Below, one piece after another: positions 41,867 through 51,723 of a DNA stretch of 64,000 nt. Source of the DNA: an uncultured Actinomycetota bacterium (GTDB lineage: Bacteria > Actinomycetota > Humimicrobiia > Humimicrobiales > Humimicrobiaceae); assembly GCA_964601205.1 (NCBI GenBank), contig CAZRML010000020.1, positions 68,683 to 132,682 on the forward strand. Direction: 5' to 3'. Position numbers and translations under genes: made by a program. The notes beneath the pieces are model-generated. The model saw nothing but the letters and a program-made list of their open reading frames with translations, made no database searches and was not told where the DNA came from. Numbering within the stretch: the stretch's first letter is position 1; every line of letters begins with the position of its first letter.

Positions 41867-42652
41867 ATGAAACAGTTCATAGATAGAGTAAGATTCTATA
41901 TTGATAAAATAAAGTATAGAAGGGGAAAACATTTTTTTATAACGGTAGTAATATTGCTTGGCTTAATGGTAATTGCCTTTACTTTAGTTTATATAAACAT
42001 GCATATTGAAATAAAAAGAAAGGAGAATATTCTAAAAAGTTATTATCAGGATATCAGTAACGGCAGCACCGGGCTGGATGAGATTTCAGGTCAGGTGGAT
42101 GGAGAGGAAGCTGCTTCAGGAAGTAATGACGGGCATTCTTCTATGAATAATACCGGTGATGATAGTGTTTCAATTCTGGATGAGACAGGAGAAAGTTCAG
42201 ATGGGGATGACATAAAAGCATACATATGTGGTGAGGTTAAGAATCCAGGTGTTTACCAGATTGAACAGGGAGCAAGAATAGTTGACCTGCTGGAGCTTGC
42301 AGGAGGGCAGGGTGAAAATGCCTGCATTGAAGTTGTTAATCTTGCGCAGTTTGTAGTTGATGGCCAGAGAGTTTATGTACCATCCAGAGATGAAGTAGAT
42401 GATGGTAATTTTTTGTTTTTTACGGATAGCAATTTAATTGATTACGATTCTACGGCGAATAAGATGGTAAATGTTAACACTGCGGATGTTGGAGAACTGG
42501 AGACGCTGCCGGGAATAGGTCCTGTTATAGCACAGAATATAGTTAAATATAGAAATACAAACGGGCCGTTTAAAATGAAAGAAGAGCTAAAAAATGTTAC
42601 TGGCATCGGGGAGAAAAAATATGAGGGAATAAGAGAGTTCATATCAATTTGA
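41867..42652 (+). CDS. comEA: competence protein ComEA (SLBB + helix-hairpin-helix DNA-binding)
   Basis: N-terminal TM, low-complexity linker, SLBB domain, and (HhH)2 ending NVTGIGEKK. Confidence 0.8.
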   Translation: MKQFIDRVRFYIDKIKYRRGKHFFITVVILLGLMVIAFTLVYINMHIEIKRKENILKSYYQDISNGSTGLDEISGQVDGEEAASGSNDGHSSMNNTGDDSVSILDETGESSDGDDIKAYICGEVKNPGVYQIEQGARIVDLLELAGGQGENACIEVVNLAQFVVDGQRVYVPSRDEVDDGNFLFFTDSNLIDYDSTANKMVNVNTADVGELETLPGIGPVIAQNIVKYRNTNGPFKMKEELKNVTGIGEKKYEGIREFISI

Positions 42653-44373
42653 CCTGCAAAATAAAAAAAATAATATTTTTACTGTCAGGTGAGTATTATT
42701 TTTTCTGGGCTTCAGGGATAACTGCGGGAGTATACACGGCGGGCTGTTTTGGTTCAGTAAACGTCTATTTAACCATAGCTGAAATTACAGCTGTAATTTC
42801 ACTGCTGGCCGGAGAGGCTGCAATTGTAAAAAAAATAATATCTGATAACAATGCTCAGAGCAATGCCCGGAGCTTTTTTGTAGAAAATAAAATAAAAAAA
42901 GATTGCCGGTTTAATTCAGACAATACACCACTATCCGGTTATAAAAATGACAGCCGGAGGATACTGGTAACAATTATAATTCCTTTTTTAATTCTATTTT
43001 TTGTGGGAAATTTAATTATTTATACCCATAAGTTAAAAGAGGACAAAAGTATATTTTCAGATATTTATGAAAATGGATATTATGCGGAATTCGGCGGCAG
43101 CGGCGCTATTATTGTTGAAGGAAGAGTGGCGAGTCATCCTGTAAAGAATTATAAAAAAATAAATTTTATGCTATCAGCAGATAAAATCTATGTCTCCGGT
43201 GGCAGTAGCAAACCGGACAGGGTTTTAAATGCCGGGGAAATTATAAATGTGGAGCTGGAAAACGCAGCAGGCGGCCCGATAACAAGAGATGATTATCTAA
43301 GAATAAAAGGATACCTCAAAAAAATTGGTTTAAAAGAATCAGACTATGACAGCTACGATCGTGAAGAGATGGTTCTGGTTACTTATTATAATCATACCCT
43401 GAAAGTTGAAAATGATAGCCCGGGGCATAAGATATTTATTTTTAGAAGTAGATTATATAATTGTTTGAAAAATGCTTTTTACCGGTACCTTGATTACAAT
43501 AACGCGTGCATAGCCGAATCAGTGATACTGGGCAACAGGAACAATGTCCCCGATCGTATTATAGAATCTTTTAAGAAATGCGGGCTGTACCACCTGTTTG
43601 CCATTTCGGGGCTCCATCTTTCTTTTTTTGCTTCGTTTATTTATTTAATATTCAGGAGGATGAAAAAGTCCGGTATTGTATTCCGGACTGTGATTGTTTT
43701 TCTGGCAGTTTACAATTTTTTAGTGGTGGAGAGGGCAAGTATCTTAAGGGCCTCAATCACAGTTATTTTCATACTTTTTGCCAGAAGATGGCACAGGGAA
43801 CACAGCCACAAAATTATCCTTTATCTTTCTTATATTATATTGATTATTTATAACCCCTATTTTTTTTATGATATCGGATTCTGGATGACTTATATTTCCA
43901 TGGCGGCACTGGTTTTTATTTATCCGGTAATGCTCGGAATAACTGAAAGTATCCCGGTATCAAAAAAGCGGGTGATAAATTTTTTTTTGAGGATAATTTT
44001 TATTAACCTGTCCATACAGGCAGTTTTATTTCCGGTACTTGCTTATTTCTTCAGGGAGATTTCATTAATATCGCCGCTGGCTAATTTTCTTATATTGCCG
44101 TTATTTTATTTGCTCCTTTCTGTTCTGGTGGTTTCTTCTTTTGCAATAGTAATATGGCCGCCTCTGGGGGGCTTTATATTAAAAGTAAGCCAGTTCATTT
44201 TTAAATGCATATTGAGCCCGGTGAGAGTTCTGGGAAAATTTAATTTTTGTGTCGCAGGGTTTGATAATTTTACGGTAAAAAAAGTCATAGCTTATTATGC
44301 AGTATTTATTATTATATTAATAATTGCCCGTTCTGCTCTGGATAAGATTAATGAAGTAAAAGGAAAATTTTGA
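42649..44373 (+). CDS. comEC: ComEC/Rec2-family DNA internalisation channel, lacking the C-terminal metallo-beta-lactamase domain
   Basis: DUF4131-like N-terminal region plus competence domain CGLYHLFAISGLHLSF. ATGA overlap with comEA. Stops at 574 aa. Confidence 0.7.
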   Translation: MTCKIKKIIFLLSGEYYFFWASGITAGVYTAGCFGSVNVYLTIAEITAVISLLAGEAAIVKKIISDNNAQSNARSFFVENKIKKDCRFNSDNTPLSGYKNDSRRILVTIIIPFLILFFVGNLIIYTHKLKEDKSIFSDIYENGYYAEFGGSGAIIVEGRVASHPVKNYKKINFMLSADKIYVSGGSSKPDRVLNAGEIINVELENAAGGPITRDDYLRIKGYLKKIGLKESDYDSYDREEMVLVTYYNHTLKVENDSPGHKIFIFRSRLYNCLKNAFYRYLDYNNACIAESVILGNRNNVPDRIIESFKKCGLYHLFAISGLHLSFFASFIYLIFRRMKKSGIVFRTVIVFLAVYNFLVVERASILRASITVIFILFARRWHREHSHKIILYLSYIILIIYNPYFFYDIGFWMTYISMAALVFIYPVMLGITESIPVSKKRVINFFLRIIFINLSIQAVLFPVLAYFFREISLISPLANFLILPLFYLLLSVLVVSSFAIVIWPPLGGFILKVSQFIFKCILSPVRVLGKFNFCVAGFDNFTVKKVIAYYAVFIIILIIARSALDKINEVKGKF

Positions 44374-44453
44374 AGCGTATGCTATACTATAGTAATTTTG
44401 AGTAAGCAAGTAAAAAGATATCAGCAATAAATTATTTTATTATTATTATTATT

Positions 44454-45683
44454 ATGAACACCATAAACAGAATTATTGATTTTACGAGAAATAATAGGAT
44501 AAAGTCGGGTAAAAGTGTCTTAATTTTTTCTTTTATCCAGCGTTTTGCTATGAGTGTGTGCATAAATATCATCGGCCCGCTGATTCCTCTTATAGCAGGA
44601 GATTTAGATGTTGGTCTTGATTACATAGGAAGTGCAATAGCTATCGGTACTTTTGCGTTACTTATTGCATCAATAAGTACCGGATTTTTTCTTGAGTCAT
44701 TTGGTTTTAAGAAAGTAATCTTTGGTGGAGGCCTGCTGATTGGTCTGGGTTGCCTGGGCCTGTTATTTAGTTATTCTTACATTATGTTCATCATTTCCTA
44801 TTCAGTATTACAGACGGGGTCGGGAATCATAACAGTGTCCACACTTTCACTGGTCGGGAATCATTACTTTGAGAATAAATCTAAGAGTATATTAATATCC
44901 AACATCGGCCTTACATCCGGCGCGGTTGTCGCCCCGCTGCTGGCAAGTCTTGTAGCTTATATGAATTCCACATGGCAAAATTTGTTCGTGTATCTTATTA
45001 TACTGCAGTTTTTTTTGATAATATTTCTTAGTTTTTTAAAAACATCATTGAAAGATACCAGTGTAGTTAGTTTTAAAAGCTTTATCAATACCAGTAAGAT
45101 TATTGCCTCCCACCCTTATATTATCCTGTGCTGTTTTATATCTTTTCTTTATGTTTCCACCATGCAGACATTTTACACCTGGTTCACTTCTTATTTTTCA
45201 ACTTTAAATATCAGGCTTGATGCAAGCTCCCTTATCCTGGCGATTTATTCCATTGCTATTCTGGCAGGAATGTTTGTAAAGAATTATACAGTTAAATATG
45301 TAGAAGAAAAAAAATTATTATTAATCAGCATATCTTTATCATTTGCTTTCCTGCTTTCAGCTTTTCTTATCACTAATCTGGTGGGAAAGATTATCCTGAT
45401 ATTCTTGTTTGGCATAAGTGTAGCGGGGAATTTTTCTCTGACTTTTTCTATGGGTTTAAATATCGGCTCAAAATTTACCAACATTGTTTCCGGACTATTG
45501 CATGGCTCTTCTTACATAGGAGTAGTTATCTTCCAGTATCTAAGCGGATATTTTTCAGAGAATCTAACAGAAAACAGTGTGCTGTACATAGATTTAATCC
45601 TGTTATTCGTACTTATCATAGTTGTGGCCGTAATAAATAAAAAAGGACTCAGGTATTTAAGCAGAGATATTAATATAATTTAA
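44454..45683 (+). CDS. MFS-type transporter
   Basis: About 12 predicted TM helices with MFS-like spacing. No substrate assignment. Confidence 0.6.
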   Translation: MNTINRIIDFTRNNRIKSGKSVLIFSFIQRFAMSVCINIIGPLIPLIAGDLDVGLDYIGSAIAIGTFALLIASISTGFFLESFGFKKVIFGGGLLIGLGCLGLLFSYSYIMFIISYSVLQTGSGIITVSTLSLVGNHYFENKSKSILISNIGLTSGAVVAPLLASLVAYMNSTWQNLFVYLIILQFFLIIFLSFLKTSLKDTSVVSFKSFINTSKIIASHPYIILCCFISFLYVSTMQTFYTWFTSYFSTLNIRLDASSLILAIYSIAILAGMFVKNYTVKYVEEKKLLLISISLSFAFLLSAFLITNLVGKIILIFLFGISVAGNFSLTFSMGLNIGSKFTNIVSGLLHGSSYIGVVIFQYLSGYFSENLTENSVLYIDLILLFVLIIVVAVINKKGLRYLSRDINII

Positions 45684-45708
45684 AATATATTAATATAATA
45701 GACCTGAT

Positions 45709-46740
45709 ATGGATAAAAATGATTCGAAAAATATAATTTTTAGATTGGAAAAGCTTCTGCCGTGCTATTTGTATATGGGCTCTAGCTCTTCAATGCTTGA
45801 TAATAAAGTCAGCAGCATAAAAAATTTCCTCAAAGATAAGATTAATTTTGACACAGATTTTAAAAATTTTAACGGGTTTGAAGATATCGATGTGGAAGAA
45901 TTAACCGGCTACGTAGACACCCCTTCATTATTTTCATATAAAAAGGTGGTTGTAATAAAACATATAGATAGCACGTCCGTGGTACTCCAGAAAAAAATAG
46001 CTGATCTGGTATTAAAGAGCAACAGCAAAAACAGCAACATAATTTTTATAATTACTTCATTAAAGCAAAAATTGAGCCCTGCCCTTCTGGATGCGGCAAA
46101 TAAAACAGGAAAAATAATCAAATTAAAGCAGCCATCAATAAGAGTTTTAAAAAAATGGCTTGCAGGGAAATCAAAGTCAGACGGGATAAAGTTCACAGGG
46201 GAGGCCGAGGACCTTATTATAGAAAATGTGAATATGGATTTAAGTTTGCTAAAGAAAGAATATATAAAAATTTATGATTATATAAGTTCTGAATCAGAAA
46301 AGGTAATAAATGAAGATATCATTAAAAACCTGGTGAACCGTGTTTATTCACTGAAAATATTTGACCTGGTGGATTATATTGGAAAAAGAGATAAAGATAA
46401 TAGCCTTAAGGCTTTAAAATCAATATTTGAAGAAGAGCATAATTTAATCGGTATTGTTACGTTACTACACAGAATGTTTAAGTGTTTTTTATATATTAAA
46501 TCCAGTGATAGTAAAACATCGGTTACGGACTATATTGAAAATAATATAAAAGTCCCTTCCTATTTTGTCGGCAGAATGGTGAGCAAGTATATTAAATTCA
46601 GCGACAATTATACCGAGCCTGAAATATTAAAAATATTTGATATGTTAAATGAATACGATATCAGTTTAAAAACATCAACTTCTGAAGCCAGGAATCTGAT
46701 AAAAAAGTTAATTACAGAAATTTTGAATGTAAAAGTCTGA
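45709..46740 (+). CDS. holA: DNA polymerase III delta subunit
   Basis: Positional equivalent of holA/yqeN after comEC and convergent with rpsT. N-terminal LPCYLYMG clamp-loader fold. Confidence 0.55.
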   Translation: MDKNDSKNIIFRLEKLLPCYLYMGSSSSMLDNKVSSIKNFLKDKINFDTDFKNFNGFEDIDVEELTGYVDTPSLFSYKKVVVIKHIDSTSVVLQKKIADLVLKSNSKNSNIIFIITSLKQKLSPALLDAANKTGKIIKLKQPSIRVLKKWLAGKSKSDGIKFTGEAEDLIIENVNMDLSLLKKEYIKIYDYISSESEKVINEDIIKNLVNRVYSLKIFDLVDYIGKRDKDNSLKALKSIFEEEHNLIGIVTLLHRMFKCFLYIKSSDSKTSVTDYIENNIKVPSYFVGRMVSKYIKFSDNYTEPEILKIFDMLNEYDISLKTSTSEARNLIKKLITEILNVKV

Positions 46741-46743
46741 ACT

Positions 46744-47013
46744 TTAAGTCTTTTTAATTGTATTGACGAGTTTTGCTGCCCGGGATTTTTTATTTGAGGA
46801 AAAGTTTTTATGAACCGCACCCTTTTTTACTGCCTTGTCCAGGTGTTTGGAAAAAGTTTTAAGGGTCTTCTCGGCTTCCGGGGTATTTTTGTTTTTAACA
46901 GCCTCGACTATTTTTCTCTGGTCGGTTTTTATTCTGGATTTAAGTAATCTGTTCTTTTCTCTTCTTTTAATATTTTCTCTGTCTCTTTTTTCCTGTGATT
47001 TTATATTTGGCAT
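46744..47013 (-). CDS. rpsT: 30S ribosomal protein S20
   Basis: MPNIKSQEKRDRENIKRREKNR... basic helical protein. Convergent with holA, only 3 nt between the stop codons. Confidence 0.85.
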   Translation of the reverse strand: MPNIKSQEKRDRENIKRREKNRLLKSRIKTDQRKIVEAVKNKNTPEAEKTLKTFSKHLDKAVKKGAVHKNFSSNKKSRAAKLVNTIKKT

Positions 47014-47156
47014 CTATTTATTTCCTCTCCTTTAAACTAACTATTTCAAACGAATGTACATTTTAGCATTTTTTTTTATAAATAAAAATATTTATTACCC
47101 TGCTGTTATAAATGATATAATAACTTTTTTAATCATATCTGTAATATAATATAAAT

Positions 47157-48731
47157 ATGGATGAAGACTATATATTATCCAGGAAAAGAATTTTTAATGC
47201 AACTGTTATTGTAATTATAGCTATTTTGCTGTCAAAAATTTCGGGCCTGGTGAGGGACCAGATAATGACAGGCTATTTTGGGGTTAGTTATGAGACAGAT
47301 GCTTTTACCTGGGCTGATTATATTCCCAATCTTTTCAGGATTCTATTTGCCGAGAGCCTAATAATTGCTGCGTTTATTCCCATCTATTCAGCATATTTAA
47401 AAAAGAACGAAAAAGAGGAAATAAGTATATTTGTAAATTCTGTTATTAATGTCATAACTCTGGTTTTTATTGTAGTATCTGTAATCATATTTATATTTTC
47501 TCCGGAGATAGGCTCGCTTCTTTCTAAAATTGCCGGCAACCAGCTGGATGTTTATAAATTCATGATAATGAGCAGAATAATGATATTTTCTCTTGTTATA
47601 ATGTCTTTATCCAGCCTGGCTACCAGCATACTGAACTCACATAATATTTTTACCGCTCCTTCCCTTGCTCCATTTGTTATGAATGTAGTTACCATAATCC
47701 TGGTGGTTCTCCTTTCGGGTAACTTTGGAATATACAGCATGGCAATGGGAATAATGGCAGGGTCGGTTGCCCATCTTTTAATACAGCTACCGCAGTTAAA
47801 AGTGTCACCTTTCAGGTACAGATTTGCTATTGACTTCAGGCATAAGGGGGTAAGAGAGATTTTGTCACTTATGCTTCCCATACTTTTGAGCCTCGGGGCA
47901 GTTCAGCTTAACACCAGCATAGACTATTTCTTTGCATTAAACCTCGGCGGGGGCAACACCACAGCTATGATGTTATCATGGAGGGTTGCCAATCTGCCTC
48001 TCGGCATATTTTCGGTGGCGATAGTGACAGTACTGTATCCCCTGATATCCAGGCAGGCGGCCGTGAATGATGTAAAGGGTATAAAAGAAAGCTTTTCCCT
48101 GGGAGTAAGGGAGATTGGATATGTTATGATACCGGCAACTGCAGGCCTTGTTATATTAAGTTATCCGGTAATAAAAGTTTTATTTGAGCGCTATAATTTT
48201 GTTGCGGCTGATACTAAAAAAGTTGCCTTTATCCTTATGTTTCACAGCCTTGGACTGGTGTTTTTCGGGCTTCTTATGATTCTCAATCGTGTTTTTTATG
48301 CATTTAAAAATGTGAAAACCCCTCTTAAAGTTGCAGGTTTTTCTATAATTATCAATTTATTATTTGACTGGATTTTAATAAAGTTTATAGGTGTCGGGGG
48401 CCTTGCGCTGTCCACTTCACTGGTTGCCTTATGTAATGTTATTATTTTAATAGTAATACTCAGAAAAAAGGTGGGGGGTTTTGGCGGGAGGAGGATTTTT
48501 ATATCCTATGGGAAAATTCTTGCCTCGGTGGCTGTAATGAGCACTGCCATATTTTTTTTGTGGAGTTATCTGGAAAAATTTGCATACACCGGCCTGTGGC
48601 CGCTTATAATTTTTTTATTCCTTACCATTTTTACCGGTATAGGCATATACACAGGCTGCACTGTCCTGTTTAAAATGGAAGAGGTAAAATTTGTACTGGG
48701 CCTGTTTAAAAAATTAGGAAAAAAGCGCTGA
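47157..48731 (+). CDS. murJ: lipid II flippase MurJ (MviN)
   Basis: N-terminal signature KISGLVRDQIMTGYFG. 14-TM MOP-superfamily architecture. Confidence 0.8.
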   Translation: MDEDYILSRKRIFNATVIVIIAILLSKISGLVRDQIMTGYFGVSYETDAFTWADYIPNLFRILFAESLIIAAFIPIYSAYLKKNEKEEISIFVNSVINVITLVFIVVSVIIFIFSPEIGSLLSKIAGNQLDVYKFMIMSRIMIFSLVIMSLSSLATSILNSHNIFTAPSLAPFVMNVVTIILVVLLSGNFGIYSMAMGIMAGSVAHLLIQLPQLKVSPFRYRFAIDFRHKGVREILSLMLPILLSLGAVQLNTSIDYFFALNLGGGNTTAMMLSWRVANLPLGIFSVAIVTVLYPLISRQAAVNDVKGIKESFSLGVREIGYVMIPATAGLVILSYPVIKVLFERYNFVAADTKKVAFILMFHSLGLVFFGLLMILNRVFYAFKNVKTPLKVAGFSIIINLLFDWILIKFIGVGGLALSTSLVALCNVIILIVILRKKVGGFGGRRIFISYGKILASVAVMSTAIFFLWSYLEKFAYTGLWPLIIFLFLTIFTGIGIYTGCTVLFKMEEVKFVLGLFKKLGKKR

Positions 48732-48766
48732 CCATTTAATTATTCATAAAATTATTTTGTTAAGAT

Positions 48767-50578
48767 ATGTTAGACAGTAAGTTAATAAGAAATTTTTCAA
48801 TAATTGCTCATATTGACCACGGCAAATCAACGCTGGCAGATAGGATTTTAGAAATAACCGAAACTGTGAGCCGCAGAGATATGCTGGAGCAATTTCTTGA
48901 TGACATGGAACTTGAGAGGGAACGCGGCATTACTATAAAGGCGCATTCGGTGAGAGTGCTTTATAATTCGCCTTCAGACGGCAGGCAGTATATTTTTAAT
49001 TTGATTGATACTCCCGGACATGTTGATTTTAGTTATGAAGTTTCCAGAAGCCTGGCTGCCTGCGAAGGGGCAATACTGGTAGTTGACGCAACCCAGGGAA
49101 TCCAGGCCCAGACACTGGCCAATGTTTATCTCGCGACAGATAATAACCTGGAGATAATTCCGGTTATAAACAAGATTGACTTAAAGAGTGCAAGAATTGA
49201 TGAAGTAGCAATGGAGCTGGGAGCGATTATCGGTGTCAGTAAAGATAGAATACTCAGGGTAAGCGCAAAAACAGGCTATGGAATAGAGGAAATACTTGAA
49301 AGAATAATAACCGATATACCGCCGCCGTCGGGCAGCGCTGACCAGCCTCTCCGGGCTTTAATATTTGATTCACAATACGACCCCTACAGGGGAGTGGTGG
49401 TGCTTATAAGGGTGGTAAATGGCTGTATAAGCAGGGGAAACAAAATTAAGTTTATGGGGGAGAATCTTACCAGCGAAGTTGAAGAAGCGGGGATATTCGG
49501 ACCCCACATGATAGAAAAAGAAATGCTTACCGCAGGGGAAGTTGGCTATATTATTACCGGCATCAGGGAAGTGGGGAATATAATGGTCGGGGATACAATA
49601 ACTTTATTAAAAAATCCTGCAGCCAGAAGTCTCTCCGGATATAAAAAACCAAAACCGATGGTTTACTGCGGTTTATTTCCCCTGGAGGGCGGAGACTATG
49701 AGAATTTAAGGGATGCGCTGGGGAAGCTTTCACTTAATGATTCCTCCCTTGATTATACACCGGAGTCCTCCGGCGCTCTTGGCTTTGGTTTCAGGTGCGG
49801 ATTCCTGGGGCTCCTGCACATGGAAATAATAAAAGAGAGGCTTGAAAGAGAATATAAATTAAAGCTTATAACATCCTCTCCAAATGTGGCCTACAGAATC
49901 ACAAAGACTGATAACTCGGTGGTGGAGGTTAAAAAGCCTTCTGATTTTCCCGAGCAGGAAAAATTAATAAAAATAGAGGAGCCATATGTAAATGCAACCA
50001 TAATTACGCCAAAAGACTATATCGGAGATGTTATGAAACTGGCAAATCAGAAGAGGGGGGATTTTAAGGATATGCAGTATATCTCCCCCGAAAGAGTGGA
50101 AATTAAATACGCCCTGCCGCTTTCAGAAATAATCGTTGATTTTTTTAACCTCTTAAAATCAGCAACTTCCGGTTTTGCCTCGCTTGATTATGAGTTTCTT
50201 GAATACCGGGCCTCTGACCTGGTAAGGCTGGATATGCTGGTTGCGGGAGATAAAGTTAATGAACTATCCACTATAGTGCACAGGGAGAAGGCCTATGCGG
50301 CAGGAAGGGAAATGGCGCAGAAGTTAAGGAAACTGATACCAAGGCAGAATTTTGAAGTGCCTGTTCAGGCTTCCATCGGCAAGAGGATCATAGCAAAGGA
50401 AAGGGTAGCCCCGTACAGGAAAGACGTTACTGCAGGCCTTTATGGCGGCGACATAACCAGGAAAAGAAAGGTTCTTGAAAAACAAAAAATGGGTAAGAAG
50501 AAAATGAAAAAGATCGGCAAAGTTGAGATACCGGAGGAAGCTTTTATGAGCTTTTACAGGCTGGATGTCAATAAATAA
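48767..50578 (+). CDS. lepA: elongation factor 4 (LepA)
   Basis: IRNFSIIAHIDHGKSTLADR G-domain. LepA-specific C-terminal domain. Confidence 0.9.
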   Translation: MLDSKLIRNFSIIAHIDHGKSTLADRILEITETVSRRDMLEQFLDDMELERERGITIKAHSVRVLYNSPSDGRQYIFNLIDTPGHVDFSYEVSRSLAACEGAILVVDATQGIQAQTLANVYLATDNNLEIIPVINKIDLKSARIDEVAMELGAIIGVSKDRILRVSAKTGYGIEEILERIITDIPPPSGSADQPLRALIFDSQYDPYRGVVVLIRVVNGCISRGNKIKFMGENLTSEVEEAGIFGPHMIEKEMLTAGEVGYIITGIREVGNIMVGDTITLLKNPAARSLSGYKKPKPMVYCGLFPLEGGDYENLRDALGKLSLNDSSLDYTPESSGALGFGFRCGFLGLLHMEIIKERLEREYKLKLITSSPNVAYRITKTDNSVVEVKKPSDFPEQEKLIKIEEPYVNATIITPKDYIGDVMKLANQKRGDFKDMQYISPERVEIKYALPLSEIIVDFFNLLKSATSGFASLDYEFLEYRASDLVRLDMLVAGDKVNELSTIVHREKAYAAGREMAQKLRKLIPRQNFEVPVQASIGKRIIAKERVAPYRKDVTAGLYGGDITRKRKVLEKQKMGKKKMKKIGKVEIPEEAFMSFYRLDVNK

Positions 50579-50717
50579 GTAGTTTGTGCGTATCCATAAG
50601 CAATAGTAGCCTATTTAATTATCCATAAAATATGTTTTATAAGTTGGCTTATTCTGGTAGAATTCAAGTGAATTTAAGGAAGTTTATTAAAATGTAAAAT
50701 GGGCTGAAGGGAGAATA

Positions 50718-51236
50718 ATGAAAAAGATAATTCCACTGGCTTTAATAATGAGCCTTCTGGTTTCTGTGCTCTTCTTTTCTGGTGGTTGTAACCCCGGAGA
50801 AAAGATTGCCGAGGAAATTACTGAAAGAGCTATTGAACAGGGCAGCGGAGCCGATGTGGATATAAGTGAGGATGAAATGACCATAAAGACAGATGAAGGT
50901 GAAACTACTATCGGTAGCGGAACCGAATTACCGGATGATTTTCCGTCAGCTGTTCCCGTATACCCTGATATGCAGATTTTAAATTCTTCTAAGGTTACAC
51001 AGGATGGGAAGGCAGCTTTTACCATTGGAGCAGAAACTACTGATTCTCATGATAAAGTAGTTGGCTGGTATAAAAGCGAGCTTGGAAACTGGAAAATTGA
51101 CAGTGAATTTACTTCTGAGAGCGATGGCCTGAAGTATACCATGGTTACTGCAAGTAATGATGCTTATAATTTATGGATGCAGTTTACAGAAGAGGAAGGC
51201 AAAAACTACATAATGCTGTCTGTAGAGGAAAAGTAA
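50718..51236 (+). CDS. lipoprotein of unknown function
   Basis: Signal peptide with lipobox FFSGGC, then an acidic 150-aa domain. No family recognised. Confidence 0.55.
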   Translation: MKKIIPLALIMSLLVSVLFFSGGCNPGEKIAEEITERAIEQGSGADVDISEDEMTIKTDEGETTIGSGTELPDDFPSAVPVYPDMQILNSSKVTQDGKAAFTIGAETTDSHDKVVGWYKSELGNWKIDSEFTSESDGLKYTMVTASNDAYNLWMQFTEEEGKNYIMLSVEEK

Positions 51237-51352
51237 TATATTTAAAATAAGAGCCGGATAGTTATATAAAATTCTAATTTTATAGATATCGGGAAATGTA
51301 AGTATCCCGTAGTAATAAAACACAAATAACAGGGTAGGGATAATAAAATAGA

Positions 51353-51386
51353 AAAGCAGCCTGAATAAGGCTGCTTTTTTATTTTG
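51353..51386 (+). terminator. rho-independent terminator after the lipoprotein gene
   Basis: AAAGCAGCC-TGAATAA-GGCTGCTTT hairpin followed by TTTTATTTT. Confidence 0.7.
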
Positions 51387-51504
51387 ATTTTTACAGGTGT
51401 ATATAATATAATTTCACGCATCAGCTATCTTTGTTTCAATATATAGCTTCATTTTCTGATATTTTTATAATTGTTTAGTGGTTTTAGGAAAATAAATTCT
51501 GAAT

Positions 51505-51600
51505 TGCCGGTCTGGCATAAGCCCGGCACGCGGGGGCCCGGAACCTGCGGCAGATGCATGGTAAATCTAAAAGAAAACCACGGCGGGAGAATATTTTATA
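51505..51600 (+). promoter_or_regulatory. GC-rich structured element in the 487-nt fhs-folD leader; candidate riboswitch (ZTP/pfl class expected from gene context, not verified)
   Basis: Dense CCGG/GCGG tracts in an AT-rich leader (GCCGGTCTGGCATAAGCCCGGCACGCGGGGGCCCGG...CCACGGCGGG). fhs and folD are typical ZTP-riboswitch targets. Confidence 0.3.
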
Positions 51601-51723
51601 AATAAGTGTTAACTGGAGAACAGTTTTTATCCTTATTCTGGAGTAAAAATATCTCTGATATATAAAAGAGTATATTACTCAGTATAAAAAAATTTATTTT
51701 TAAAAAGGGAAGAAAGGAATTTT

